DNA of 63,845 bases, filler included, from Octopus bimaculoides (lineage: Eukaryota): assembly GCF_001194135.2 (NCBI RefSeq). It is 7 parts of 7 records of this genome, joined end to end, with 100 filler letters (N's around TTAATTAATTAA, not from the genome) between each part and the next. Parts side by side here need not be neighbours in the genome. Positions count along the whole stretch, not along the records: positions 1 to 27,178 come from NC_068988.1; positions 27,279 to 30,146 come from NC_068986.1; positions 30,247 to 47,259 come from NC_068990.1; 4 more parts are not named here. One strand, 5' to 3'. A model generated the notes under the pieces. That model searched no databases. It was given only the letters and a program-made list of their open reading frames with translations, and had not been told where the DNA came from. This document shows positions 25,808-38,743 of the stretch, piece after piece. The first letter of the stretch is position 1. Every line of letters begins with the position of its first letter. Both the position numbers and the translations under genes were made by a program.

Positions 25808-26130
25808 GTTAGAGAGCAGCGCATACCATCAAAGTGACACTGGGGTACAAATATATGAAGCGCAGTATAACCACCATGACTACCTGTTTGATAAGTGTAC
25901 ACCAGGCACATTCATCGCAACCATATGTGCGCCGCATGGTGATATCATATCAAGATATAAAGTGCATGACCGTGCAGGTAGAGCCCAGTTACAATCTTCT
26001 TCAAGTTGAGTAGCCCATCCCGTTCAAAATGTCCCTGAAAAAGGCTTGTTTGAGAATGATGGACAAAACACCTATGTTTCCAGAGGTGCATAATTCAACC
26101 CCCATAGGATTCCTCTCAACACATGGCTAT
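25808..26130 (-). mobile_element. ~550-bp TAA-associated repeat, copy C (truncated)
   Basis: gttagagagcagcgcataccatcaaagtgacac ... ctcaacacatggctatga. Confidence 0.75.
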
Positions 26131-26657
26131 GACGCACGTGCTAAAAATATGACTACTGAATACGCTATGTGTGTCTCGGCAAGTGATTGTAACAAAGATG
26201 AAGATTAAGAGTAAAGATGAAGAAGAAGTATCTTGGTGTTTGAGAAAAATGAATAAACTTCCTACATAGAAGTGTCCTGTGTATTTTATAGGAATAGAAG
26301 TAAAAGAAATTAACAAGTTAATTTATGTAGCAAGATCTGAATAGTGAGAGAAGCAAATTATGACTTTACAGAAAAAGTGAGCTCGATCCAATTGTCATTT
26401 GAGCCTACAAACGACGGGGTAAGCTCAAAGAGTGGTCAAAAGCTTTGGCTTGGAGAAGGACATTGAATACATGATACTAGCCTGCTTGATAAGAACAGCG
26501 AAATCATTCGAAACAAAGCTCTTGCATGGATAGCTGAGATCACTGGTGGCGACATGTTATCCAAGTAGTTAACCCTCCTAGATTCCAACATAAGTGTGAT
26601 ATACAAATTATTTGAAATGATGATGAAGATGATCGTGATCATGACCATGATGAAACA

Positions 26658-26863
26658 GTAGTCCCTGCAGTAATTCGTGCCGTTGGCACATCCAAAGTGC
26701 TACCATAAATACTGAACGAGATTTAAAGTGAAACTTGCATTGTCAGCCTTCAGAAAAGCACCATCCTATATTCTGTAAGAATCCTAAACGAGATACTTGA
26801 GGAGACTTGTTGTCACCAAACAGCAAGATAAATTACCTGATAACTAAATTACCGTGCACCTGC

Positions 26864-26957
<94 letters not shown>
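26658..26957 (+). mobile_element. 3' end of an R4/Dong-like LINE with (TAA)n tail
   Basis: VPAVIRAVGTSK...SLQKSTILYSVRILNEILE resembles the REL C-terminal VPVVIGALG...LQK.ALLGTARILRKVL; short 3' UTR, then (TAA)n 26864-26957. Confidence 0.65.
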
Positions 26958-26958
<1 letters not shown>

Positions 26959-26959
<1 letters not shown>

Positions 26960-27178
26960 CGTGAATTCTGGAAACACTAGCCATAAACAAGGTGGCACCA
27001 ATTATCATAAAATACATAGAGCACTCAATGAACAAATGGCAGACAGTGCTACAGCTCCAAACAAAAGAGGGACTTGTGAAAACGAAAGCCATCCCCATTA
27101 GAAGAAGAATATTCCAGGGAGACACGTTCTCTCCACTCCTGTTCTGCCTGGCACTCACACCTTTAACAGAATTGCTAA
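26959..27178 (+). mobile_element. R4/Dong-like RT fragment starting directly after (AAT)n
   Basis: IIKYIEHSMNKWQTVLQL...AIPIRRRIFQGDTFSPLLFCLALTPLTELL; runs into a gap. Confidence 0.88.
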
Positions 27179-27278
27179 NNNNNNNNNNNNNNNNNNNNNN
27201 NNNNNNNNNNNNNNNNNNNNNNTTAATTAATTAANNNNNNNNNNNNNNNNNNNNNNNNNNNNNNNNNNNNNNNNNNNN

Positions 27279-27432
27279 CTGTGTGTATTGGCATATCCCA
27301 GAGTATGGTTGCTTTCTCGTTTTCTGTGACCTTTTCTGGCGTGTGTTTATACCATCTTTTTTCTGTTGCTATTCCATAATGTTGGCATAGCTTCCAGTGT
27401 ATATAGGTCCCAGCTCTGTCGTGTCTGTGAAT
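27279..27432 (-). mobile_element. R4/Dong-like C-terminal fragment starting directly after (AAT)n on the minus strand
   Basis: Minus strand reads RHDRAGTYIHWKLCQHYGIATEKRWYKHTPEKVTENEKATILWDMPIHT. Confidence 0.88.
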
Positions 27433-27441
27433 ATATTATTA

Positions 27442-27505
<64 letters not shown>

Positions 27506-27660
27506 TTATTTTTTATTACTTTTTAAAACTTTTAATCTGCATGTTTGTTACAGTCACTTGCCGAGACACAGCCAGTATCCTGGGGTGAGCGAAGGATAAG
27601 TGATGTTACAGTATGACTTAAGGCTTGGGGAAGGGAAGTAGCGAAATATCTTCTTGTATT

Positions 27661-27862
27661 AAGGCGACGAGGTGGCAGAAACTTTAGCACGTCGGACAAA
27701 ATGCTTAGTGGAATTTCAACCGACTTCACATTCTGGCTTCAAATTCCGCTGAGATCGACTTTGCCTTTCATCCTTTCGGACTTGATAAGTACTTGTCGAG
27801 GACTGGGGTCTATGTAATCGATTTACCCTCTCCTCTGAAATTGCTGGATTCGTGTCAAAATT
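27661..27862 (+). mobile_element. SINE (ggcggcgagctggcagaa-type family)
   Basis: aaggcgacgaggtggcagaaactttagcacgtcggacaaaatgcttag...gatcgactttgcctttcatcctttcgg. Confidence 0.8.
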
Positions 27863-27881
27863 ATTATTATTATTATTATTA

Positions 27882-27933
<52 letters not shown>

Positions 27934-27934
<1 letters not shown>

Positions 27935-28308
27935 GAGTTAGAGAGCAGTGCATGCCATCAAAGTGACACTGGGGTAAAATATACAAAGCCCAATATACCC
28001 ATCATGACTACCCGTCTGATAAGGGTACACCAGGCACATGCATCACAACCATATGTGCGCGACATGGTGATCTCATATCAAGATAAACAGCGCATGACCA
28101 GTTAGAATTTTTTTCAGGTCGAGTAGCCCATCCCGCTCAAAAGGTTCCTGAATAAGGTTTGTTTAAGGATGCTGAGCAAAACACCCATGTTTCCAATGGT
28201 GAATTATTCAGACTCCAAAGAACTCCTCTCAACACATGTCTATGATGCTCCCCCACTACTTCTACTCGTGATCAGAGATGCACATATCGTCAGCCACCAA
28301 GGGACATG
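27934..28308 (-). mobile_element. ~550-bp TAA-associated repeat, copy D (truncated)
   Basis: (ATT)n-gagttagagagcagtgcatgcc ... gccaccaagggacatg, followed by (ATC/ATT/AGT)n. Confidence 0.8.
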
Positions 28309-28324
28309 TATCATTATCATTATC

Positions 28325-28423
<99 letters not shown>

Positions 28424-29190
28424 CGTTATTGCTGATGTCACTGTTTTTTTTTTTTATGTTTTCGGTACACTGTAATCGTTTGAACTTAATTTCCTGTTCA
28501 GAGAACCCGAACGCTATCAGTGTAGCAACTTATCATGTAACTCGCAAGCAAAACATTGAGCATCTGACGTTTTCTGCTACATTTCTTACATCTCTTTATT
28601 CATGAAAATTGATCCAATGGATGTTCTTCAGAAATTCCTCCCGGAATCTATTATGTAATGCAAATCCTCTTTTCAAGAACCTTTCATCTTGGTTTGCTTC
28701 CAGGAAAGCTTCTATTGATGTCATTCGTTTTAGTTTCTGATCCAAGGAAGGATATTTAATGTTATGAATTTCTAATGCTATGGGTATGTATATGATAACA
28801 TATGTAACATCAGCCGTGTAATAACAGGAATATTTCTCAAATTGCACTATACTATCTTAAAATGAAAGGACACGCTGGATTATGAGTTTCTACGTACATA
28901 AAACATGATGGTTACGGCTTGAGCTCTATTGATCACAGGTCTACTTGATCAGAGCTTATCTAGGGCTAAACAACATCTCACAACTAAATATTCAAATGAA
29001 GATCCTTTATATGGTCGCTGGATCCGCTAAAAATAATAACCAAATTTCTTTAAATTGACACGAACAATGTTGAGCATCAAAAGATACAAGAGATAGTGTA
29101 GTCAAACATATACTTAAAAAGACAGTGATGGTCACGGCCTGATTGCTATGGATCATAATGTTATTCTAAGTATTGCATTATTCAGAGTTA

Positions 29191-30009
29191 CGAGGTTGTA
29201 TAAAAAAGCTCCCTGACTAGCTATGTTTAATAAAAAGTAACTTATCTGCCTAAGTTTTATCATCATCTTCTTCAAAATAGTCACCTTGCACAGCAATACA
29301 CCGGTTCCAGCGTTCCTGCAACTTTTGGAATCCTGCTTGGAAATCGTTTTCTGTAAGTGAGTCGAAGACCTTCTTTGATTCGCTCTTGATCTTGACAATG
29401 GTGTTAAAACAGCCACCTTTGAGCTGCATTTTCATCTTGGGGAAGAAATGGAAGTCTGCAGGTGCTAAATCAGACGAATAGGGCGGATGCTGAAGCGATA
29501 CCTTGTTATTGTTTGGCGAGAGCTCGATGAGAATCCAATTCTTCGCGATCCACAGATCCGGTCGCTTTCGCCGAATGTCCTCCCTCAAACGCTTCAAAAG
29601 TCATTGATTGTCCTCCGACAATCCTCATGCACAAGCTGATGAATCTTCTCCCCATTTCCGGGGTGACGCGCCTGTGCCACTCGAAACATTGCGTACGACC
29701 CATTGCCTTGTCACCGTAAGTCTGCCAAACCATGTTCAATGTCTCAGTAGCAGACTTCGCAAGTTTAACGCAAAATTTCACGTTAGCTCTTTGTTCCTCT
29801 CCGTGACAAAAATCGCAGACTACTGCATACACGTGATCACAAAAACACAAATTTCACAAATTGCGAAGTAAACACAACGATGTCCCTCGGCACACTGCCT
29901 CGTGAAGGTCACTACTAGCTCTCACTGCGCACACAACTGTTTGAAGCCATCTGTCAGCACGCTACAGAACTAATTCCGGAACTTTCCGGAACTTTCTAAT
30001 ACCACCTCG
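29191..30009 (-). mobile_element. Internally deleted mariner, 819 bp, with both TIRs and TA TSD
   Basis: TIRs cgaggttgtataaaaaagctcc and (rc) cgaggtggtattagaaagttcc; N-terminal EQRANVKFCVKLAKSATETLNM...QCFEWHRR; C-terminal HPPYSSDLAPADFHFFPKMK...RWNRCIAVQGDYFE; the catalytic core is largely missing. Confidence 0.93.
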
Positions 30010-30280
30010 TATGTTTAAGGGCGAAAAAGAAAAAAAACTCACGCTAATCCTAGTCTAGAAAGACTTTTAGCTAAGAAAGAAACCTTTAAAAGATTTCACA
30101 ACCTGCTAGAGATAGCAACTAAAAGTTTCTCCCATTACATTTTATCNNNNNNNNNNNNNNNNNNNNNNNNNNNNNNNNNNNNNNNNNNNNTTAATTAATT
30201 AANNNNNNNNNNNNNNNNNNNNNNNNNNNNNNNNNNNNNNNNNNNNGAAAGAGGGAGAGGGAGAGAGAGAGAGAGAGAGA

Positions 30281-30560
30281 GAGAGAAATGAGAAAGCTAA
30301 TTCGAACACTACAGGACCAATATACCACTGGAAGTATAAAAATCAGTAAAACGTTTAAGTATGAATCAGCATGTCTAGATATACAAGTATATGCATAAGT
30401 AAACATACATAAAACAAAAGATACAAATTTGCACGCATACATACATACACAAATACCTTCTTGATGTTGTTGAAATTCCAATGGAAGAGGCTTCGATGTA
30501 GGTTACTAACCGGCTCTTTCTCTATTGGCAAGAAATCTTTAAATAAAACTGAATAATTAC
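30281..30560 (+). mobile_element. 3' tip of the ACAT-class R4/Dong-like LINE
   Basis: EMRKLIRTLQ...TGSIKISKTFK plus the same 3' UTR as 13580-13776, ending gaataattacatacat. Confidence 0.8.
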
Positions 30561-31407
30561 ATACATATAATATCGTTAGTTTGCGTTCGATTTACTGTGG
30601 GCAACTCTATGAATAGGGCTTCACGAATATTTGGCCCTGTCCTTCCTGCGAGATAGAACCTGTGTCAGTCTGGCTAACGAACCAAAACAAAGTTAACATT
30701 CCAGCTTAACTCTTTTCGGCATTTCCTTAAAACCAGTGGTACCAGTTTGTCTACATTTATTTGAAATCTAATAACTCAAGTTATGACATCAAATGTAGAC
30801 GAATAGTTTTAACAAAACTTGATAACCATTCCAACAAACCGTGTAATTGACATAGTTTTATAACCTTTTCTAATCTTTCCTGTATGAATAAACAACTTTA
30901 AACACTGATATATTCCAAACTGTCTACGAGAAAAATAATTGAAAATTGTCAATGATAATGATTTTTATTTCCAATCAACGTTTTTTAGAATAAAATTAGT
31001 TCACTGACTTGTCAGTTTTGATTATTCGAGGATAATGTTTCAGCATTATATGTTCTTTTTTTCAACACAACACTTTTCTGAATACTTAAATACATCCAAT
31101 TTCTCTTAAATATTGTAAAACCGCCTCTTTAAGTATACCTGTGTGAATCGTTATCTCTATCGTCTTAATTCCCTTGCACACATTTCTTCCATACAGTCGC
31201 TCTCCTCTCTCACCATTTCAATACCTCGCAGTCCTCCTTAATCGTTACTAATGCTATGCATGCTGTATGTTATCAATAGTTTCACAGTAGTCTGATTATT
31301 CGCTGCAAATTTTAATCGTTAATTATTTTTTTCACCTCCAATGTGTATCTCTCTTTCTATAGTTTCGTTATTGAGTCTCTTAAGTTTATTGCTCATTTAT
31401 ATTTTTA

Positions 31408-31438
<31 letters not shown>

Positions 31439-31454
31439 TGGTGTTGTTGTTATT

Positions 31455-31683
31455 GGGAGAGCAGTGCATGCCATCAAAATGACGCTGGGGTAAAATATAC
31501 GAAACCCATCACGTAGTCATGATTAGCAGAATATTTGCTGTATCCCATCTTTTATACCAAGACAAATAATGTGCATGATAACACTTCCAATCAGTTAAAA
31601 TCAGAACCCTTGTGAGCCAGTGCCTGGTACTGCATCAGCACAAAGTGTCTGGTACTGTATCAGGGCAATGTACCTGGTACTGC
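31455..31683 (-). mobile_element. ~550-bp TAA-associated repeat, copy E (internal deletion, three imperfect terminal units)
   Basis: gagagcagtgcatgccatcaaaatgacgctggggtaaaatatacg ... gcagaatatttgctgt ... (g)cctggtactg x3. Confidence 0.75.
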
Positions 31684-31870
31684 AAGGCGGCGAGCTGGCA
31701 GACTCGTTACTGCACCAAACAAAACGCTGAGTTGTTATTCACCTGTCTTTCTATTCTGAGATCAAATCCTCTGAGGTTGACTCTGCTTTTTATCCGTCCC
31801 GGTCGATGTAACCGACCCTCATTCTACCACAAAATCTCAGGAATTGTGACTATGCCAGGAAGGATTATCA
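31684..31870 (+). mobile_element. SINE (ggcggcgagctggcagaa-type family), diverged
   Basis: aaggcggcgagctggcagactcgtta... Confidence 0.65.
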
Positions 31871-33818
31871 TTATTATTGTTTGTAGTTAAAGCGACCTCT
31901 CGTAAGGATTGGGTGTCGGATAAAATATTTTAGAATTATTTCATACAACCCTTCACTTCAGCTCGATAAAATAAAGTATCACTCACATACTAGGTCGATG
32001 TACACGACTTACCACTCTCCTCAAAATTGCTGGCCTTGAGCCAAAATTTAAAACTATCTTAACTGTTCTTGTTGTTGCTGTTGTTTTTGATTTTTCTTGA
32101 CATACATGATTTTTTTTGTGTGTGTATTTGCATGTTTATGTGCATTTGAGATTGAAAAGGAAAAAAATAATAAGGTGTGCGTCGATAAAAAAAAATCTAA
32201 TCTTGCGATATTTATCCTTCACTAGGTTTAGTGCTCGAAAATTATCACGCTCCATCGGAAATGCGATAAATTAGTATCTGACCGTTCGAAAACTGATAAC
32301 AAAGAAGCTACTGTTCAGAAAATTTATGCTAGAAAATTTAAACAACTTGAAAAACGGCTACATTAATGATTAAATGGATAAATCTATAGAAGTAAAATAC
32401 TACTTAGCTTCGGTAGGAGAGTTACAGGAAACAGACATTGTCTTAAGATTTAAGAAGAATGGTAAAATAAATAGGCACTATTAATGGTTTACTACTTCCT
32501 ATCTTTTCCAAGTAATTATTGATATAAATTTAATTTAGTCAGAATCAGAAGAGAAAGGTCGATGAACAATTTTAGAACCTCTACAAGTTGCGGGATGAGG
32601 TTGGCAATTCATTCATTGACGAATGACTGTGCCAGTCTATTTACAGGTCGATGTGATGCTGTTAAATTAAACAATGGATCAAGTATGTCACTTAAGCAAG
32701 ACAGTAAATGAGTAGAGTGGTTAGAGTATCGGATAAAATTAACTGTATTATTGGACCATGCGCTCTGATTCTAAATCCCGGAGCAGTTAATTCTGTCTTT
32801 CATTATGTGAAGGGTGATAAATAGGATAACAGTTAATTAAAGAAAACGATTCCACCATAATACGTGTTCCTGTATATGTAAATCAAATATCTTTTTCTTG
32901 CCATACTAAGCATGGATGTATTGGTGAAACACTCAGCTACGTGTTCATGAATTTCAAGTTTACTGATTCAATCGGTTGAATAATTCAATCCTCATCGTTG
33001 AGATTGATGGTGTAAGTTCACCAACAGAGAACAGGAGCAACGACACCGAAAGGTTTCGACACAGTTTCCGTTAACGATATGTCACTATTAAAAGTAGTGG
33101 TAGTTTCGATCTTACGACTGAATATAGTTGACTAAAGCTATTGCATTTTAACACCGAAACAGAAACACTGTAGTTACGAAGTGAACCTGTCAACAATACG
33201 ATTCTTCGAACCGTATCTGCTCCCATTGAACTATTTTTCCAAACCTTATTATCTCAAAATGTCTACAATCAAAACCAACGTATGGTGTACTTTTTATGAT
33301 GACTTACAATCTTTCAATCAGATGCAACTGTAATATGAAAATATATTTGCTGCTAGACTTACATGAGATAGTTTTAGAATTTTTATTTTTGATATTCAAT
33401 AACCAGTAACAAAAGTCTTTCCCGCATAGCAACTAATCAACAATAAGCAATATTTAGACGGTTTTAAAACTGAAGCAAGAAATCAGATAAGGTTACTTTT
33501 CATTGCATTAAAAAAATAATACTGAGTTAGCAAATCTATCCAGACGTTTAGTCTGTGTGTTACCATTCTATTTCGATTTGTAATTTCTTACTCTGCTTAT
33601 CTGATACAGGATATTACAGTCTATGATTTGAAAATAATATTACCGTGTATATCTAAAAGATGATATACCATGTAAATATAGAACGGTAATAGTTATAGAT
33701 ATTAAATACGATTTGAATGTCGTTAAGCTTGAGGAAAACCACCAAAGTGAGAATGGATATTGTTGTACAATATATACTAACCTTACTTAATACATGATGT
33801 TGATATATGTATGGCACT

Positions 33819-34200
33819 GGCACTCCGTCGCCTACGACGTCAAAGGTTCCAGTTGATCTGATCAACGGAACAGCCTGCTCGTGAAGTTAACGTGCAAGTG
33901 GCTGGGCACTCCACAGACACGTGTACCTTTAACGTAGTTCTCGGGGATATTCAGCGTGACACAGAGTGTGACAAGGCTGACCCGTTGAATTACAGGTACA
34001 ACAGAAACAGGAAGTAAGAGTGAGAGAAAGTTGTGGTGAAAGAGTACAGCAGGGTTCGCCACCATCCCCTGCCGGAGCCTCGTGGAGCTTTTGGGTGTTT
34101 TCGCTCAATAAACACTTACAACGCCCGGTCTGGGAATCGAAACCGCGATCCTATGACCGCGAGTCCGCTGCCCTAACCACTGGACCATTGCGCCACCACA
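33819..34200 (-). mobile_element. tRNA-derived SINE, ~390 bp, full length
   Basis: Near-identical reverse complement of 39373-39764; A-box-like tggtccagtgg and B-box-like ggtttcgattccc. Confidence 0.9.
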
Positions 34201-35941
34201 AGTAGGCGCAATGATATATGTAGAGGTGAAAAAAATATATGTTCGTGGTATGATTCAGTCACTGCTATGGCTTGGATAAACTTTCAAGTAGTTTGAATTC
34301 TAATAAAATTTAACAAGAGTTTGAGAAATTATGACACTGATGTTAATCCGAATATACGTAATTGAATATTCTTCACATTGAACGATTTTGTTAATTTTAT
34401 AGTTAAAATCTTCGTCTTTTCCATTACATATATGCTTTTGATTTCTTGAGGAATGTATTATTGGAGGTTAATTCATCGAAGCACAAATTTCCAATATGTT
34501 CCTCATCCACGCAAACTGGATGGTTTGGGAGGTCAGAGTATCAACACGTTTCATAATGTCAACTGAGCAGAATTCCTTTGGATTATACGATATATTAATA
34601 CAAAAAGTAGATTAACAAGAAATCTAGAATAACCAATCAATCAATTTTTCCATTCATAGAAGTAGGCGGAAGCAAGAAAACGGAACAATAGCAACAAGTT
34701 GGAGTGTATTTAAAGGTCAGTAATGTAGATATATTAACAGTAGCTTGTTTCTGATACGTATTTGAACAGCTAATACAATTTACTAATATATGGAATGAAT
34801 ATCATAAACTATTTACCTGCATGAACCTTTTATACGCTCCGGATCTTCCGAAGGACTAGATCGATTTGATAACACCCGTGCATAATCTACTCCATTCAAT
34901 GAAGATGATTACTGTCACTGGATGTCAGTAAATAAGTAATGGAAATGTCCTGCCAGTCAACTGTTACAAACAACTGCAATAGTACGACCATGACGATGCA
35001 AGCACGGACAAGTTGGATTTTCATTCCCACACCGAATGGACAACGAAACACTCTAATAAGCTATAATATGCAATCACTCCGACAATGATGAAGCTACAGA
35101 TAACAAGGCTAGTACTAAGATGCGTTTAATTGCAACAGATACGGATGTAGCGTGAAATTAATATAAAGTTATACGTCGTTGTCTGAGATTCAGAAGTATT
35201 TTTTAAATTAATAATCGAAAGAGACTTAATATACGTATAATCAATTTAATTTAAAATTTGATATACAGTCCATATCACTTCGATATATTGTAAGAACATA
35301 TTCGATTGTACTCAAATTAAAATAAAATGCCATCCAGTGTTATTGAATTTTCCTTGCTTCTACCTGTTTCTCATTCTTTCTATCAAATTTTAATTATTTC
35401 TTCTAATATTCGAATAAAAACAGGAAGTAATCTATCAGAAACAAAAACGTTTTAAAAAGAGATACATGATATTTATTTGGCCAGTGTATGCTTAAATTTC
35501 GAATCATATTTCCGGTACCTTTGTCTTTAATCTTTCCAAATCGAGAAGGTATTATAGCTATGGCTTTAATCTCCTTCCCAAACCTCGTCCATATTCTTCG
35601 AATTCATGTTGTGTTTGTTGTTATAGAAGTTATTGTACATTTCCACATTCGCTCTGTCATGCAGAAATAGAATTAAAGTATTTCACTCAGTGACCATCTC
35701 GACTCTTTCATATATGCAGACAACTAGATGCAACATTCTCTATTGTGACCCTTTGTAAGAAGGTGAGCTATGATTCAACCACGATTTGGCTGCTACGTCT
35801 AGCAGTTTGAGGAACAGTGTTGAGGTTCCATTAGACAACAAAACGAATATGAAGATAGAGATGAAGTTTCAAAACTTCCCTTTTAATGTTTAATGTTTCA
35901 AAGAGTCTAGAGTATTAACTCTGCCTTCTATGTGAGTCCGT

Positions 35942-36053
<112 letters not shown>

Positions 36054-37706
36054 CACTGTAGTTGCATGCATGCGCGCGTGTATGTAAAATAAAGAGTAAA
36101 TAAACGGTTCTCCGCTCGGTTCGATGATGAGTTCATAATTTCTTCAGGACGGAATTACTGTTCATTGAATAACATCATTGAATGCATCAAATTTTCGGTA
36201 GGTATTGTATTGTTAACTCTAACAGCGGCAAACACGGATTCACTCCGTTGTCTGATGTACCATCCCAGACTGTTCTTCTCGTTGACAACGCATCCTATGC
36301 ACATGCACACAAACATACATATATTCTAAAAGATTATTCCCTGAAGACGTGTATGGCAACTTATTTGTTTGACTTAAACTTGACGGTCAAATATAGCTTT
36401 ATACAGAAATGTTGACATAGGAATAAATTACAATAATAATGGATATTAGCGTCAAATCTCTCTCTTAAATTTAAAAATTTTAAACTTTGGATATATAAAC
36501 AAGGAGAACGATCCCTAAGGAATCTAATTTAGATTTTTTTGCGGTGAAATCTCCTGCTATATTGGTAACGATTGCATAGTTTTCTATGAAAAATTATATA
36601 TTCATATATATTTATATATTACTTACAAATCCTTTTTCTACACGATCCTTTTCTGATAATCATCTTATCACTGGCTGAGTGTAATTATCATATTTGATTA
36701 AGTATGCTTGTTTATGGTTACGTGAGTTTGAATACTAAATAGACTGACGATAAATGTTTTTTGACGTTTATAAGGCTGGATGATTTAAAGCAACACTTAA
36801 ACTTATTTACGTACAATCTTCATTAATGGAGTAAGTTAAGCGCATTCTTAGCTCTACTTCTTGATTAACAGTTGTGTATAGAGATATCACGTAACCGCTC
36901 TTAAACTATGATGTTTAATTGCAAAGCCTTCGGCGTGTATTTATTACTCTTTTCCAAATCTCTTATGTGTCTCATAGATAGTGTTTAATTAAAGTCATTG
37001 TTTTGTTGAGGTCTCCTCAACAATTAAATCAATATGGACGTCAGGTGAATAACTTCATCAGCGGATCATGTGGTTTTGATTGACTTCTAACCATGTGATC
37101 CACTAATATATCTTTATCACTACTTCATCTCCATTTAAGATTCTTTAATGTTTTCAGGGGAAAGGGGGAGCTATAAATATTACTTTTAGGTGTGCATAGA
37201 AAGAAGAAGGAAAAAATGAAATTCCGTTTCCTTGGTAACAAAACTAATATATTGCATGGTTCAGAAAGATTTCATTTTAATTATTTATGTCACATTTTGC
37301 TTGAAACTGTTCTGTCGACAATTAACTTTTTTATCAGCTTGATCTCAACAATTCTCACAGTACACTCAAGAATACCATTTCCATAGAGTGTTGCGGAAAT
37401 AAAGCATAGTAAGAATCTCGTTGCCAATCTTAAATAGTATTTAGAAATGTTAAATGTAATTTAACCACTCGGAAATATAATACGAAATTTCTGATTCGAT
37501 TCTTTTCAGAGATTGAATGAAACAGCTGGATTAATCACAGATCACATGACAGAATTGAGTAAAACTTCAAGAAATAGAAACGCGGTGATTGGTTGAGACA
37601 CATGACATCTTTCACTACCAATATATTTCAAATTTTAGGATTAAAAAAGGTTCTGCTATTACCCTATGATGCTTACAGACTACTAATAAATGAAGACTTG
37701 ATACAA

Positions 37707-38548
37707 ATTACTAGACGTTATCTTCAGGAGTGTTTTGCAAGTTCTAGTAAACACATTTTGAGCTATTTTTCGAATGATATAGAATATTTTCTTAGAGAGT
37801 TACATAACGTGCAAAGAAAGGGGCTGTCATTTCGAATCCCATGAATTAAACAATATAGTGCATGAGGAAATGCATTATCGTCTGCATGTCCGTAATAAAC
37901 TTAGCACTCACTAATTTCTGATGAACATGAATAGGAGTGTGTGCCGTCTTACGTCATTCCATTTGGAAGCCCGCAGATGGATATACTCAGTAAAACCGAT
38001 TTCTTTCAGCAAACGTATATTTAGAAAACGACTTTCATGTGCTCCATAGAAAAAATTCATCAGTCAATACAACAATACGTTCATATTTCAATAACCTGGT
38101 GCACATATACATACATACATACATACATACAAATAAATATATATATATTTATATCATAATATATATCATTATATACATATACATATATATATATATANNN
38201 NNNNNNNNNNNNNNNNNNNNNNNNNNNNNNNNNNNNNNNNNNNNNNNNNNNNNNNNNNNNNNNNNNNNNNNNNNNNNNNNNNNNNNNNNNNNNNNNNNNN
38301 NNNNNNNNNNNNNNNNNNNNNNNNNNNNNNNNNNNNNNNNNNNNNNNNNNNNNNNNNNNNNNNNNNNNNNNNNNNNNNNNNNNNNNNNNNNNNNNNNNNN
38401 NNNNNNNNNNNNNNNNNNNNNNNNNNNNNNNNNNNNNNNNNNNNNNNNNNNNNNNNNNNNNNNNNNNNNNNNNNNNNNNNNNNNNNNNNNNNNNNNNNNN
38501 NNNNNNNNNNNNNNNNNNNNNNNNNNNNNNNNNNNNNNNNNNNNNNNN

Positions 38549-38580
<32 letters not shown>

Positions 38581-38743
38581 TACTAGATGTTATCTTCAGG
38601 AGTGTTTTGCAAGTTCTAATAAACATATTTTGAGCTATTTTTCGAATGACATAGAATATTTTCTTAGAGAGTTACATAACGTGCAAAGAAAGGGGCTGTC
38701 ATTTCGAATCCCATGAATCAAACAATATAGTGCCTGAGGAAAG
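37707..38743 (+). repeat. Near-identical ~165-bp direct repeat on both sides of a gap (~37707-37870 and ~38579-38743)
   Basis: attactaga[c/t]gttatcttcaggagtgttttgcaag ... aacaatatagtgc[a/c]tgaggaaa, differing at only a few positions. Confidence 0.9.

Noticed and set aside
27223-27234. TTAATTAATTAA inside N-runs (also 30191, 47304, 55204, 60120, 62694)
   Set aside because: A palindromic six-frame stop linker set in 100-bp gaps (44 N on each side where counted); an assembly artefact, not biology
34818-35100. Possible minus-strand exon ending at cag|gtaaat
   Set aside because: All frames from plausible acceptors contain stops; at best a decayed relic
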